This document shows positions 36,908 through 49,818 of a stretch of 64,000 bases of DNA, in pieces (the first letter of the stretch is position 1; every line of letters starts with the position of its first letter). Position numbers and translations under genes: made by a program. Origin of the DNA: Haliotis rubra. Taxonomy: Eukaryota. The notes beneath the pieces are model-generated. The model did no database searches, was not told where the DNA came from, and was given only the letters and a program-made list of their open reading frames with translations. The DNA is taken from assembly GCF_003918875.1 (NCBI RefSeq), contig NW_025766980.1, positions 2,418,001 to 2,482,000 of the forward strand. The letters run 5' to 3'.

Positions 36908-38994
36908 CTGAAATACAGGAAGGTTTTGTTAAATTCGAGCCAAATCAACCCACACAGTACATAAACTATGGCAAACAGTAGTGAGTGAGTTATGTTTAAT
37001 GTTTTACAGTGCCAAATGTAAAAAGAATCTCAATTGATACATAAACATTGGAAATTCTATCATCCATCACGTTACCCTTCACTTTACACCATGGAAACCA
37101 GAAACTGGAATAATGAAACTGTATTGAGGCAAGTTCTTACTATTTCTTGAAACCTGAGCGTTTCTCCGTTAATCAATGGCAATAGAATTAATTCAATTGT
37201 CCCCAGTAATTTTTCAAGTGTTCAGTTGCAAATGACATTATGAAGCGTCCATTTTTAGTTTCACAGTGACTAAGCAGTGGGGTCGTATTTCTTCCATTAT
37301 TCAACAACAGCATAATTTTATGCCACTGACCACATTTGATTTCATCAACAGCGGTCTCCAGTGAAATAATCTGGAGTTATAGACAATTGTTGCCACTGAT
37401 GTCAGCCATTGCACAAAACATGACTTGGCTGATGAAACAAAGACAGGGCCTAATGATATTAAAGAAATGTTTAAGTCTGAAATTTATTACCAAAATTGTA
37501 TTAAAGTCTTCATGGTTACCATGGCAACACTAATTTCACTCCAAATCAATCAATTTTGTGAAAAGTAAACAAGTGAGATTCAACTTAAAACTCATCAGTC
37601 ATTCTCAACAAAGACAATGAAATGTACACTTGTGAGTCACGCATGTGCACAAGCTTGGCCTTTCAAATTCAATCTGTCGCGTCATCGTCAACAGCCAAAA
37701 AGACATTTGATCTGCCTAAACTATGACCTGATGCTCCCTGGAATAAAATACACATCAAAAAAGCAAAACTGTGAAATTTGTCCCCTTGAGCATAAAATAT
37801 GACCAATAGATTTGACAAACTGCTAACCTCAAGGGAATGCCCAAAATTTTGCATTTCCAATTAAACTACCGCGAAGAACTTTTGAATATTTTAAATAAAC
37901 GGGCAACAGTGTCAAGAATAATTTTTTTTTGCACAATCTACGTGTTACAGCAATAACACTTTGTCATGTTCAAGCCTACTGACAGGTCAAATGACAATAC
38001 ATCATAAAACAGTAACCTTCAGATTCATCATTGGGCCATTACTCTCAGGCTACTTTAGTATTTTTAATATGCATGCAATTAAACAAGTTTCAAAAACCTG
38101 CAAGAGTGCTACTAAAGGTTCAGAGCCATGATCAATCTATGCATTTGGACATCTTGAAACAAAAAAACCCTGAACATCTTGGAAGATCCAACACGCATTT
38201 CCTCCCAAAGTCATGTCCAAATCGGTTTGATGGATGAGATTATCTTACAACCAAATCTACAACTGCACAAGCTCTGCTCTTTGAATTTCCCTCTGAGCGA
38301 TGGAGAGTTCTTATCTCAGGAAAACAGAGACCTTAAAATCACATTACCTAATACCTCCTGATCCATCCTTGCTCTCATATTACTTAATGTCGGCCTACAA
38401 ACCCGGATGAATCCGAAAACAATCTGCATGGCTGGGACGAGACCTACAACCACTGGCCCTGTAGCTTATATAATCAGAGGCATCATGACATGCAGACTCC
38501 GCACAGACCCTGCAGCATGGCGATAACACTGTCATTTGTTGGTGATTTGCTTTCCCTTCTGTGTTGAACTGAGTGATTTTATTGAGGTGCACTTACAGGA
38601 GGTTGTGTGTAAGCAACAATTACAGAAGTTTATAAACAATTTAACAATTTATACCACTCCAAAGGAGGAAAGAACGCTCACTTCTTTTGTGTAACTATAG
38701 TCAATTTGTCAAGATAGACAGTCATACAAAAGAATCACATGTTCTTTTGCTGCTTTTGAGTAAAACAATTGATAAGCTTTTTTTTTAAACAAATGCTGGG
38801 TCATGACAACCCAGTTTCACCAGACAGTTAGTGAGGGAGTTGCCCAATGCCCAGGGGCAACATTTATAGACTCTGTTTCACTAAATGATCCTAATCAAAT
38901 ACAAGTCTTCAGTCTGATGAATTGGTTAACATATTTAACACCATCATATTAAAATGAACAGAGGACAATTTGACAAGAAAGTATGTAACTAATA

Positions 38995-39164
38995 GAGTGA
39001 GTGAGTGAGTGAATAGGGTTTTACGCTGCTTTTAGCAATATTCCAGCAATATCACAGCAGAGGACACCAGAAATAGGCTTTACATTGTACCCATGTGGGG
39101 AGTCGAACCCGGGCCTTAAGTGTAATGAGCGGAACGCTGTAACCACTAGGCCAACCCAATGCCC
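38995..39164 (-). mobile_element. SINE family A, (ACTC)n-tail variant
   Basis: ttagcaatattccagcaatatcac...gtacccatgtggggagtcgaacccggg, homologous to other A copies. Confidence 0.88.
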
Positions 39165-39589
39165 AAATACAAAGGGAAACAAATGATATACAGGAAATAC
39201 AAACAAACAGATTTCATATTAAATTCTTACAGAATTAAAAGATGAAGTCATTCCAAGATGAGCCTGTTTCTTATTTTGGAAAATGGCCCAAACTCCCAGC
39301 TCCAAGAGTCCAGGTTTCAGACTACCGTGGCTGTTCTGTGTGACTGTCAGGAGGGTACAACAACCAGAGCAATAGGGTGGCTTTGTTTCTCACAAAAACC
39401 TTGTTTTACTCAGCATGATAAGCCTGGAGAACATGCAGCAACAACACAGGTGGTATGTGTAGAGCCGAGACCCACGTAACACCCATCACACAATCAAAAG
39501 ATCACAAGTGGCATGAAAGGTTTCTTTAGGCTCAGCTGCTGGGCGGATTGTGTGGCAAGCACCTGCTTCAATGTGGTGGTAGTCCTCTA

Positions 39590-39709
39590 GTGAGTGAGTT
39601 GGGTTTAATGCCACTATGAACAGTATTTCCTTTATATCATGAGGGAGCAAGGCTCGAAGGTTTACAGGTGTCAGAGGTTTACCACTCACTTGAAACCCAT
39701 AAGCAAGGG
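39590..39709 (-). mobile_element. SINE family C 3' part, interrupted by a family B insertion
   Basis: ggtgtcagaggtttaccac...aacccataagcaaggg aligns with the reverse complement of 29465-29520; continues after 40450. Confidence 0.55.
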
Positions 39710-40437
39710 TGAGGTGAGGTGAGGTGAGGTGAGGTGAGGTGAGGTGAGGTGAAATTGGGTTTAACGTCGCGCTGGAGAATATTTCGCTCATATGACGACG
39801 TCCTATCATACAGCAGCATGAAAACCACGTTCCAAGATACAGGTGAGTTGAGGTGAGGTGAGGTGAAATTGGGTTTAACGTCGCGCTGGAGAATATTTCG
39901 CTCATATGACGACGTCCTATCATACAGCAGCATGAAAACCACGCGTTCCAAGATACAGGTGAGGTGAGGTGAGGTGAGGTGAAATTGGGTTTAACGTCGC
40001 GCTGGAGAATATTTCGCTCATATGACGACGTCCTATCATACAGCAGCATGAAAACCACGTTCCAAGATACAGGTGAGTTGAGGTGAGGTGAGGTGAAATT
40101 GGGTTTAACGTCGGGCTTGAGAATATTTCACTCATATGACGACGTGCATGCGTGTGTATGTGTATGAACGGCTGCTTGTACTAGCCCAGACTTTAGCTGG
40201 TTTTATAATGCTAGCCCACTGAGATACCATGCCGCAGTGAAGCATGAATACCCCACTCAGACACATTATACTGACTCCGAGCTGACCAGTCCTTGTTGTA
40301 CCCATTAATGCCAAGCGCCAGGCAGGGACCAACAAGTACCATATTTTAATGTCTTTTGGTATGACGCGGTCGGGGATCGAACCCACGACCTTCCGCTCTC
40401 CGGGCTGACGCTCTAACCACAACACCACAGAGGTGGT
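39710..40437 (-). mobile_element. Composite SINE family B: full copy plus three ~115-bp units of foreign spacer and SINE 3' end
   Basis: Full SINE about 40071-40437; units repeat at 39807, 39921, 40037; TSD ccataagcaaggg at 39697-39709 and 40438-40450. Confidence 0.92.
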
Positions 40438-41950
40438 CCATAAGCAAGGGTGAGGTGCCGACAAACCTAAACACGCAATAAGGGTGAACTAAGGTTGGCA
40501 CCAATGAACACAGGTTTCTGGCTTGCTGAAGGTACACAAGTCTGTAGGACAAATTTTTATCCCCTGTTCCCCCTGAATATTCTTAAATACAACCCCAAAA
40601 AGTAATGAATTTAATAAATAGAAGCGACAAAACCATTTCCACTTTTATAAGTAAACATACATACTGACAGACAAAAAATCATTATTGGAAGAAATCTGGA
40701 AATCAAAAGTGTGACCAATCGATCCTGGCCCAGGTAAGGGAGTCAACTCTGTATGACTAACTTTGAGCCATCCCATGGAACCCATGCCACATCATCAACT
40801 GAACACAGAAGAGCTAAGGTAGCCAACCCATGTTCTCACCACAACCAGATCCCAAAGGTCTCCTCACAACATAAAAAGATACATCACAAATGACGGCCTC
40901 CAACGTATCTGACCCCACCCATCCTCTTCTCCCTTGAGATGCTACGTCAATAATGTCGAGGAAAAGGGCGTGACTGACGACCCCGGAGAGTGGGGCCAGT
41001 GTTGCTCTCCCATGGGATCACTTGACCTTGTAGCATTGAGCACCACAGGGGCCGCCTCGGAAAATGTTCCGTGTAACGTAAGTCGCATTTTGGCAGCTTG
41101 TTGTCACAGACACCAGTGAGTCATGTGACCTTTGATAACGTCTGTTGGAGGCCTAGAAGGCATGTTTACATCACTTCTATCTTGCCAATTTTGAAATTTG
41201 AAAGAAAAACACAAGTGTTTTCTTTACATTTTATATTTGTTGTTATTAAAGAACTCCCCCTTCTCTCTGATATGCTAGTTGAATCCATTTTATCAGTGAT
41301 ATAAAAACTGTTGCAGTAATCGGAAACAAATGGTGGTCTTATCTCAACAAACAACCTCCTGAATGTTTAAGATATAATGCTGACAGATCTAAAGTAGTTT
41401 TTATCTTCTTGACAAAGTGTTTACATATCAATCCAAAAAAATAATCATTTTTCAAAATGAGTTTCATGGACTGAGTTTGTTTAGTGAAAGATTTCATAGG
41501 AGTGCAATATTCTGAAGTCCTAACTTGGCCAGTACGATAGTTACTTGCCAGCTCATCTCAAGGAGCACCCAAGGCAACATTCAAGAACTCTTGTGGATGT
41601 CTGACCTTCTGTCCCTGATCATCAGCATGGAATACAGAACCCTCTTGCACAGAGAGAGTGCTGAGACTATCCATACTCCCATAGAGTAGGGATACATGCA
41701 ACAGCTGTACTGCTAAGATCTCCTGTGCAATCAAGTCCTGGAGATCCCCTGGGACCAGTACAACATGGGTACTTACACACCCTGAACTGTCCAGCATCAG
41801 CAAATGGACCTGGAGATCCTCTTAAACCCACAATATGAGAGCAGGCTAATGAAGATCCCCAGGACCCTCCATACCAACACTGGTACTTGACATACCCTGA
41901 ACTGTTCAATGTCACAGGCCACTGGATCCCTCAAGTAGCATAGAGATTAC

Positions 41951-42069
41951 CTGGCCGTAATGTTGAGTATCCGTATGGGAGAAGTTGAAGGCACAGACCC
42001 GACGCAAGCTGCAAGGTGGGGAATCTGAGTCCTGTGCCACCTTCTCGCCCTCCTCGAACATCGACATAG
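41951..42069 (-). CDS. Ten-m: Probable teneurin post-transmembrane exon (AMSMFEEGEKVAQDSDSPPC...HYGQ)
   Basis: gttgcag|CT ... CAG|gtaatc; 119 nt, GC-rich; AMSMF resembles vertebrate post-TM AMHLF; frame ambiguous. Confidence 0.65.
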
Positions 42070-42159
42070 CTGCAACAGATGAAACATCATCAATGAACAA
42101 TTAATACCAGGCTAAATAACGAGTGACAGACTAAGTTAATAAATGACCGACATTTTGTC

Positions 42160-42835
42160 AATGAAATAAATAAAGATTAATTTATCTATTAATGAAATAA
42201 ATAAAGATTACTTCTATCTATTAATGAAATAAATAAAGATTTATTTATTTAATGAAATAAATAGGAATTAATTTATCATCTATTAATGAAATAAATAAAG
42301 ATTAAGATTTATCTATTAATGAAATAAATAAAGATTAATTTATCTATTACTAAATAAAGATTAATTTGATGTCTATTAATGAAATAAATAAAGCATTAAT
42401 TTATCTATTAATGAAATAAATAAAGATTAATTTATCTATTAATGAAATAAATAAAGATTAATTTATCTATTAATGAAATAAATAAAGATTAATTTATCTA
42501 TTAATGAAATAAATAAAGATTAATTTATCTATTAATGAAATAAATAAAGATTAATTTATCTATTAATGAAATAAATAAAGATTAATTTATCTATTAATGA
42601 AATAAATAAAGATTAATTTATCTATTAATGAAATAAATAAAGATCCTTCTATACTATCATGATACCGTAAGATCCTTCTATACTATCAAGGGATACTGGA
42701 GATCCTTCTATACTATCATGGATGCTCTGAGATCCTTTTCATACTATCAAAATGAAATAAATAAAGATTAATTTATCTATTAATGAAATAAATAAAGATT
42801 AATTTATCTATTAATGAAATAAATAAAGATTTATT
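42160..42835. repeat. AT-rich 31-bp minisatellite interrupted by a ~30-bp second repeat (42641-42750)
   Basis: aatgaaataaataaagattaatttatctatt units; insert gatccttctatactatca about 3.5 copies. Confidence 0.93.
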
Positions 42836-43221
42836 TCATTCAATTGCGGTTTGATATAAAAAAAATGATGCCAAGATATTCTCTTCATTTTAAGAAATAA
42901 AGACTTCCTACTGTACTGCAGACCTATTAGGTAATTACATTTATAGTTAATTTCACATCTGTATGAAATGCAATTTGGAACCTCATACATGGTCCAGTAG
43001 CCAAATGTATCCACATTTTCAGCAAATTGTCTCCCAAAAGCCAACATTATTAGTCTATACATGAGCTACATGCCTCATGAAAACAGAGACGTATGGCTGA
43101 AACACAATCATCAGCTTATTCTTTAGATCTTAAAGGTGGTCAAGCTCAGTGTATGGCATGTTGTAGACTAACACTTAGTCTCTGAATATATGTAATCTTG
43201 ATAATAACAAACAAATCCAAA

Positions 43222-43299
43222 TAAATTGAAAAGGAGCCCCAGGGAGACCAGAGATCCTGAACCTGAGGAAATCTAGACTTGCTTCATTTAGGGCTTTAG
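43222..43299 (+). repeat. Dispersed repeat fragment, partner of 11762-11838
   Basis: gaaatctagacttgcttcatttagggctttag shared in inverted orientation. Confidence 0.75.
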
Positions 43300-46200
43300 C
43301 TCTGCAGATAGGGCTTGGCAGTAGGGAAAATAATGTGGTTCAGGGTCTATGAGACAGGCCAGGCATGTTGCTGTTCCCTGATCATTGCTGACTATATCAG
43401 TCACTGGATAATCTGGTCCACAATTGATTATCTACAGACTTTCTTCATACTACTGAAACACTGGTGTGTTCAGTGGTAAACAACAAGCAGGAGGGCCTGT
43501 TAAACTGCGACATCAGTTCCTTACAGCTCAGATACCATAGTCAGCCGGTAACATACCAAGGGATTCATGCTTGGTGTATTAATACACCAGCAGCATCAAA
43601 TCACCACTGTACAGTTACACAAACACCCACACTTATGCCAATCAGTACGCTCAATCACATCTGACCTTTGTGTAGTTCCCTTTGAAAAGAGTTAACCAAG
43701 TTAGTTCCAACAATTTGCTTCAGAAAACCAATTAACGAGCATGTATTTACCACTCAGCACACATGCACATACATTTCACTGTCAGCTGGCTCGTTCTCTT
43801 CTCTGCCAGGCCAACACAGGTCAGATGTGAAATCAGATCTTCTACGGATCATTCAACACTGTCATTCAACACAGGGCCAATGACCCTTCAATCAACCTCA
43901 ACATTTAAAACAAACATATTGCTAACCTGCGCCATTTGTAATGAGGGTTGAGAAATGGAGCAGAATCACCTGCCTGACAACCTAAACCTACCTATAAATT
44001 AGTGCTCTCTGTGGGATATCAGCTCATGAGAATCTAAATGGGGGAGGTGTGAAGATTTAATACTCATACATTTCATATTCTTCCCCAAACAAACTCAAAA
44101 CCTACATTAAACATAAATATGTTAAAATTTTTGATTTAAATACCCTAAATAGTGTTACTTGATATTTGATAGCATGATTAATTTGATTTGAGTTCACATT
44201 ATTGTTCGCAAGTCAGTACCCCTTGTGGAGACCCTCTGCTATCAATGTGAAATTAACATCTCACAAGAGACCTGTCTCAATGCTTTACTTATACTTCGGC
44301 TCAGTAATTGTTGAAACCAAACCCAATCAAATTGTCATTAAGAAGGGATGAGTTTCACTGGGATGGCAATGTATATGATATGATTTTCTGGCAGGGCGGT
44401 GATGGGTTAACCAACTGGACTAAACAAACACGAGAGCCAATCTTCCACTATCTGCCTCAGCGCTTCTACAGCTTATTGGTAATCGACTTCCAGAAATGAG
44501 AAACTGCTCGGACTATGACAGAAAGGGAGAAAGGATTTTAAGATTTGTTATTACCAGACGATACCTTCAAAGTTGGAAAAACTGTGGTTACAAAAAGATT
44601 GTGGTCTACACATAATAGACATGGATTGCTTGATAAATGATAGGATAATAGCGTTGCACAGTCACTTGCACTAGCCTTTGAAATGACCGCGGCCTACTGC
44701 GTTGTGTTGAGGACAAGTACAGCTACAGTGAGGGTAGTCCTCATGGACTGGTATCATTGGGGGCTACAATTCCACATGAGTTCTCAATGCTTCAATTTGG
44801 CATCAATTTATAACTGAATAAAACTGAGAGAGAATTTACAAGACAGTCAACATTTATGTGTTGTTCCATCAGGACTAGGTAAAAGCTCTGGGGACCATGT
44901 AATGAGGTATGTTCTAGTCCACTGGACTAGTATCTGGGCATGTCTTCAGAAACACGAGTTTCTGAGGTTAATAGATAATTCCCAGTGATCTTACTTGTTA
45001 AAGAATTCTGCTTCGTAAAACAAATTTCATGAGCCTTGCCAGCTGTAAAGTATATACTTCTCACATACAATCTTACATCATAGTTTAATGTAAATACTGA
45101 AATATATTTTGTAATCTTTGCCAACCAACAAAAATGATGAAAAGTCTTCAAATGCTCAGATGATGGCATTATCTAATTCAATGCACAAAATGCTCACATG
45201 AAGAAGTAAACCAAACATGGAATAATTTAGGCAATGATGGTTAAAGCATTTCATGCCCACAATGAACACACTTTCATAAACATTCATTACCAAATTTAGA
45301 CCAAATTTAAAGCAACATTTTGGCAAAACCATTTCCAGTAACCAAGGAATATTATTCCAAGACCTCACTGCCCAAATGTCTCGGATCAATGGTAAACATG
45401 TTAAAGCCCAAATTACAGGAATCTTTATCCTGACATGTTCGGACGCTTCTTATGAAGGGCAAGGCTGTCACCACATCACAAGAAATGAAGACTGGGTTTT
45501 CTGCCAAGAAAGACAACCATTCCAGTTTGTAAGCTCCAACCATTCCGTTTTGTCTGAGACAACATGGAAGTTATACTCATATGTTATACGTGTGAATTTC
45601 TAATTTTCTGAATTTCTAATTCTAATAAATGCTATATCGCTTAGATTTGGCCTCCAATAACTTTCTTTAAATTCACACTGACATTTGGCAACTGAAATGG
45701 TTCAACATGGATGTTCTACTTGAAATCGTCATTCTAATCACTCTTTCATTCCACTGCCAGGCATATCACACCATGTTGACAGAAGTTAGAAAACTATGGC
45801 AAGCATGTGTGGACGACAGTTGGCAGTCTTGAAACCTTGCACTTGTGTGGGGCACTCTCATCATTTGTGGTGCATAGCTCAAATACAAATCTGTTCCGTG
45901 GAACGCTATCAGCTGATGCTTCCTCTCTGTGGCGTTCCTCATCCCTTTTTCAATCTTCTGTCACTGTTTTTCTTTCACGATATTACCTTCCTTGTGTTTT
46001 TGTCAGTTTTCTTCTGATGTTGAAACTGACGTATACCTGGTGGCCCGGCTGTTTGAAAATATTTGCTGCTTTCATCCTCTTTGTGATCTTCAAACTGCCA
46101 CATACCTGTGTACCTGGCTGTTAGCCTTGTTTACTTTCTCCCAACTTTGTCGTGATTCTTTGCGTGTGTGAATTACCCTTGTTTACCACCATCATGGAAA

Positions 46201-48216
46201 CCACAATGAAGTGCCAGTATGTACCCATGTGGGCTTCAAACCAGGGATTCCACCTATCATTTTTTTATCTGTTTCCATCGGATTCTTTCAAACTTACTGT
46301 TCATATAAATAGTTCATCTGTCACGACCCTACTGATAGTAATGGTATATTTCAAGTTGTTTAAAATGGGCAAGCCTGTCTATCTAAACCAACATCTCCAT
46401 GGATGCTTTGCAGTCAAAACAAGCATGTCCAAAATCTGTCTCACTTTCATAACCATCGTCTCTAATTCATCATTCATAAACTGGCATATTTTTCTCATTC
46501 CAAGTTTTTAGCTGTTTTTGACAAAGTGCCCATTATCTTGAAAAAGAAAGCTTCATGAGAATTATACATTTTACCTTGGCCCATGGTATGTTAACTTTAG
46601 TTATCTGTTGAAATATCTGACATGGTGAGATTGCACACGCATCTACACATGGAGAGAAATCAGAAGTTAACCATGGAAAGAAATCAAAGGCTCAAATGTC
46701 AAATTTCAGCTCAAGTTCACTTTCATGTGTTTTTATCAAGGAAAACGTCAATTTCAAAATCAATTTCATCCCCTGTATTATGTGAAGGGGACAGTATTTT
46801 TCTGAGGGATACACACCTCATACTGAACAAAATTTATGAAGGGTAGCTGTTACAAAAACAAAAATTCAAAATTACAAGCACTTATAATTGCAAGCAAGAG
46901 ATAGCTCTTACAGGAAAAGCCAAGGAAGGCTGTTTGAAAAATACAATTTGAGTTTATGAGCATGTCGTAAGTAGCGAAATTGACGACATCGACTTTACAT
47001 TCATTGCAACAGAGTTCTATAAATCCAAGATGAAAGTGTAATATTTCTATAACCATGAGCATCAGGAGAAATAAACTGGAATTACTCCTGCAAAGAGGTT
47101 AAAAACCTCTGTTCAACATGGTTACACTTTGCAGCCATCCGCATATGGGGCTGAATGACGGCAAATTACGTCCCCACCTCCTTTAGTTCGCAATCAAGTG
47201 TTATTTGGTGGTATTCAATGGCTTTTCAGGGCACTGAGGAGTGTTGTATCGAAGTATATCAAACGACTTGGAGCCCACTTCCAACCTTAACGAAAATACC
47301 GCTACAACCTCACTTAAAACGGCCTCTCTTGTCCAGTGAAATTGACAATAATGAATCCTCGTCAACTGAAAATCAATCTGTTATCAGTTTGGCACAATGG
47401 AGTTACAGTGTGATGTACATGCAGTCCGGACAGTCCTTCATCCTTATTTATTGATTGTCACCACAAACTTGCCGCTACGTGTTCACGCCTCTGCACTTGT
47501 ACCCATACAATTTTTAACCCCTTGCCAGATTCCGGCAAAGCCGAGATTGACCAGTGTTGTTTATATGACTGTTTTCCATATCAGCAGATCGAGGGAGGCC
47601 GTTCATCAAATAAATTTGTCACAATCCATTTTCTGTCCTACCAGAGCCAGGAAATTTGCAAATTGATAGAAGGAGAGCTGATAAAATCTAGCCCCTAAAA
47701 CAACAGGGGGCCTGCTATTAGCTTGGCATTCCCTCTGTAGGATCAATAGTATATAGATAGTGAAGTCGCCCATGATATCAACTTTCCCCAAGTCACAACA
47801 TCTGAACAAGATATGGATTGAAGGAAAAAAATACATGGAAAAGCTTTTTATATCTGTGCCCCTACGGTGTTTTGTAAAGCATTCAGAACATCAAACCTCA
47901 CACTGATCTAATGGCTTCGCAGCAGGATTAAGGACTGTGAATTACAGGCCTGTAATATCGATAAGTGTGGATCACACTGTCAGCTAGGTGAGTCAGAGAA
48001 GGGTGGTTGAGATGCACCAGTGTTCACCCACTTGGGATTCAAACTTGATCTCTGGTAAGTTTGAAGCCAGTGATTGTTCTACAGGTATGATTAATGGTTC
48101 ACACAGATGATGGAAATTTTCTAGGCATGGCAGCCTGTTATCCAGTTGACATTATGACTCCCAATGTATAGGATCCTGTTTCACAACAGGCACTACGATG
48201 GCAGATGGATGACCTA

Positions 48217-49112
48217 AACACAGACTTATGACTGTCCTACTTCTAAGATGATCGTAACTCCTAGACTGTAACACAGACTTATGACAGTCCTAGTTCTCAG
48301 ATGATTGTAACTCCTAGACTGTAACACAGACTTATGACAGTCCTAGTTCTAAGATGATCGTAACTCCTAGACTATAACACAGACTTATGACAGTCCTAGT
48401 TCTCAGATGATCGTAACTCCTAGACTGTAACACAGACTTATGACAGTCCTAGTTCTCAGATGATCGTAACTCCTAGACTATAACACAGACTTATGACAGT
48501 CCTAGTTCTCAGATGATCGTAACTCCTAGACTGTAACACAGACTTATGACAGTCCTAGTTCTCAGATGATCGTAACTCCTAACTCCTAGAGACTTATGAC
48601 AGTCCTAGTTCTCAGATGATCGTACACAGACTTATGACAGTCCTAGTTCTCAGATGATCGTAACTCCTAGACTGTAACACAGACTAACACAGACTTATGA
48701 ACAGTCAGTCCTAGTTCTAAGATGATCAGTAACTCCTAGATGACTCCTAGTTCTCAGATGATCAGTAACTCTCCTAGACTATAACACAGACTTATGACAG
48801 TCCTAGTTCTCAGATGATCGTAACTCCAAGACTGACTAATGACACCTAGAGATGAACTTATGACTCACAGACTTAGTTCTCAAATGATTGTAACTCCTAG
48901 ACTGTAACACAGACTTATGACAGTCCTAGTTCTAAGATGATCGTAACTCCTAGACTGTAACACAGACTTATGACTCTTAGTTCTCAGATGATCGTAACTC
49001 CTAGACTGTAACACAGACTTATGACAGTCCTAGTTCTAAGATGATCGTAACTCCTAGACTGTAACACAGACTTATGACAGTCCTAGTTCTAAGATGATTG
49101 TAACTCCCAGAC
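48217..49112. repeat. 53-bp minisatellite, about 17 copies
   Basis: aacacagacttatgacagtcctagttctcagatgatcgtaactcctagactgt; scrambled at about 48575-48880. Confidence 0.95.
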
Positions 49113-49705
49113 CTTAAAACGGGGTTTATGACAGTATAAGTTGTAGGATGACAGTGAGGAATGGCACCAAGGTAGGTACGATCCTTAGCAACATGCAGTC
49201 AGAAGCATAATCGAACAGATCACTAAGTTGGTCTCCATGTACTGGGCACTCCAAGCATCTCTGTTCAGACTAATAACAATAAATCACACAACTCAATCTT
49301 CTCGGACATAGGAAATGAATTCCACAGAATCAATACATTTCTTGTCATATAAGTCAGGGTATAAATGTCAAATGCTCAATGTAGATCTAGTTAAAATATA
49401 CGACATATGCCAAATTGACGAAGTAATAAGAAATATAACGCTGACAGTCTGGCAGCATATAACATACAATGATGGCTACCTTCCTGGAATTAAATATCAC
49501 CCCAGGTAATGGTATATCTCCACTTAATTGTCTTCTGACCAAAATAGCACAACACAGGCTTTAACTGAAGGATATACCACAGCAAGTCAGCAAACTCTTT
49601 GGGTAAGTGAGTGTGTTGGTTCAACACCAGTGACACCAGTACACCATAAAGTATTTCAGTGACAGTACACTATCTGCTGCAAAAGGGAGAAAGGTCCCGA
49701 ACCCA

Positions 49706-49818
49706 CATTTGAGCAAAACTATGATTCCTTGGTAAAATCCCAAAGTATAGGTTTTATGTCTTTTGAAACATTTGAGTAAAACTATGATTCCTTGGTAAAC
49801 CCCCAAAGTATAGGTTTG
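49706..49818. repeat. Tandem duplication, 63-bp period
   Basis: acatttgag(c/t)aaaactatgattccttggtaaa..cccaaagtataggttt twice. Confidence 0.85.

Larger units (their letters stand above)
1..42069 (-). other. Ten-m: Teneurin (Ten-m/Odz family) gene, partial; multi-exon, both ends outside the window
   Basis: Exon chain with matching splice phases encodes the teneurin domain order: Ig-like region with furin site, 8 EGF, DCLDPDCC Cys-rich motif, FN-plug, NHL propeller, YD repeats. Paralogue assignment (Ten-m vs Ten-a) is not certain. Confidence 0.97.

Noticed and set aside
18332-40464. Similar ORFs at 18332-18652, 35879-36082 and 40132-40464 as a small gene family
   Set aside because: They are translations of SINE family B copies.
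40920-41160. GC-rich block as the missing phase 0-to-1 exon
   Set aside because: No acceptor/donor pair with the right phase and no teneurin similarity found.
48170-49170. 53-bp array as the interior of a TIR element
   Set aside because: Flanks show only weak inverted similarity and no TSD.
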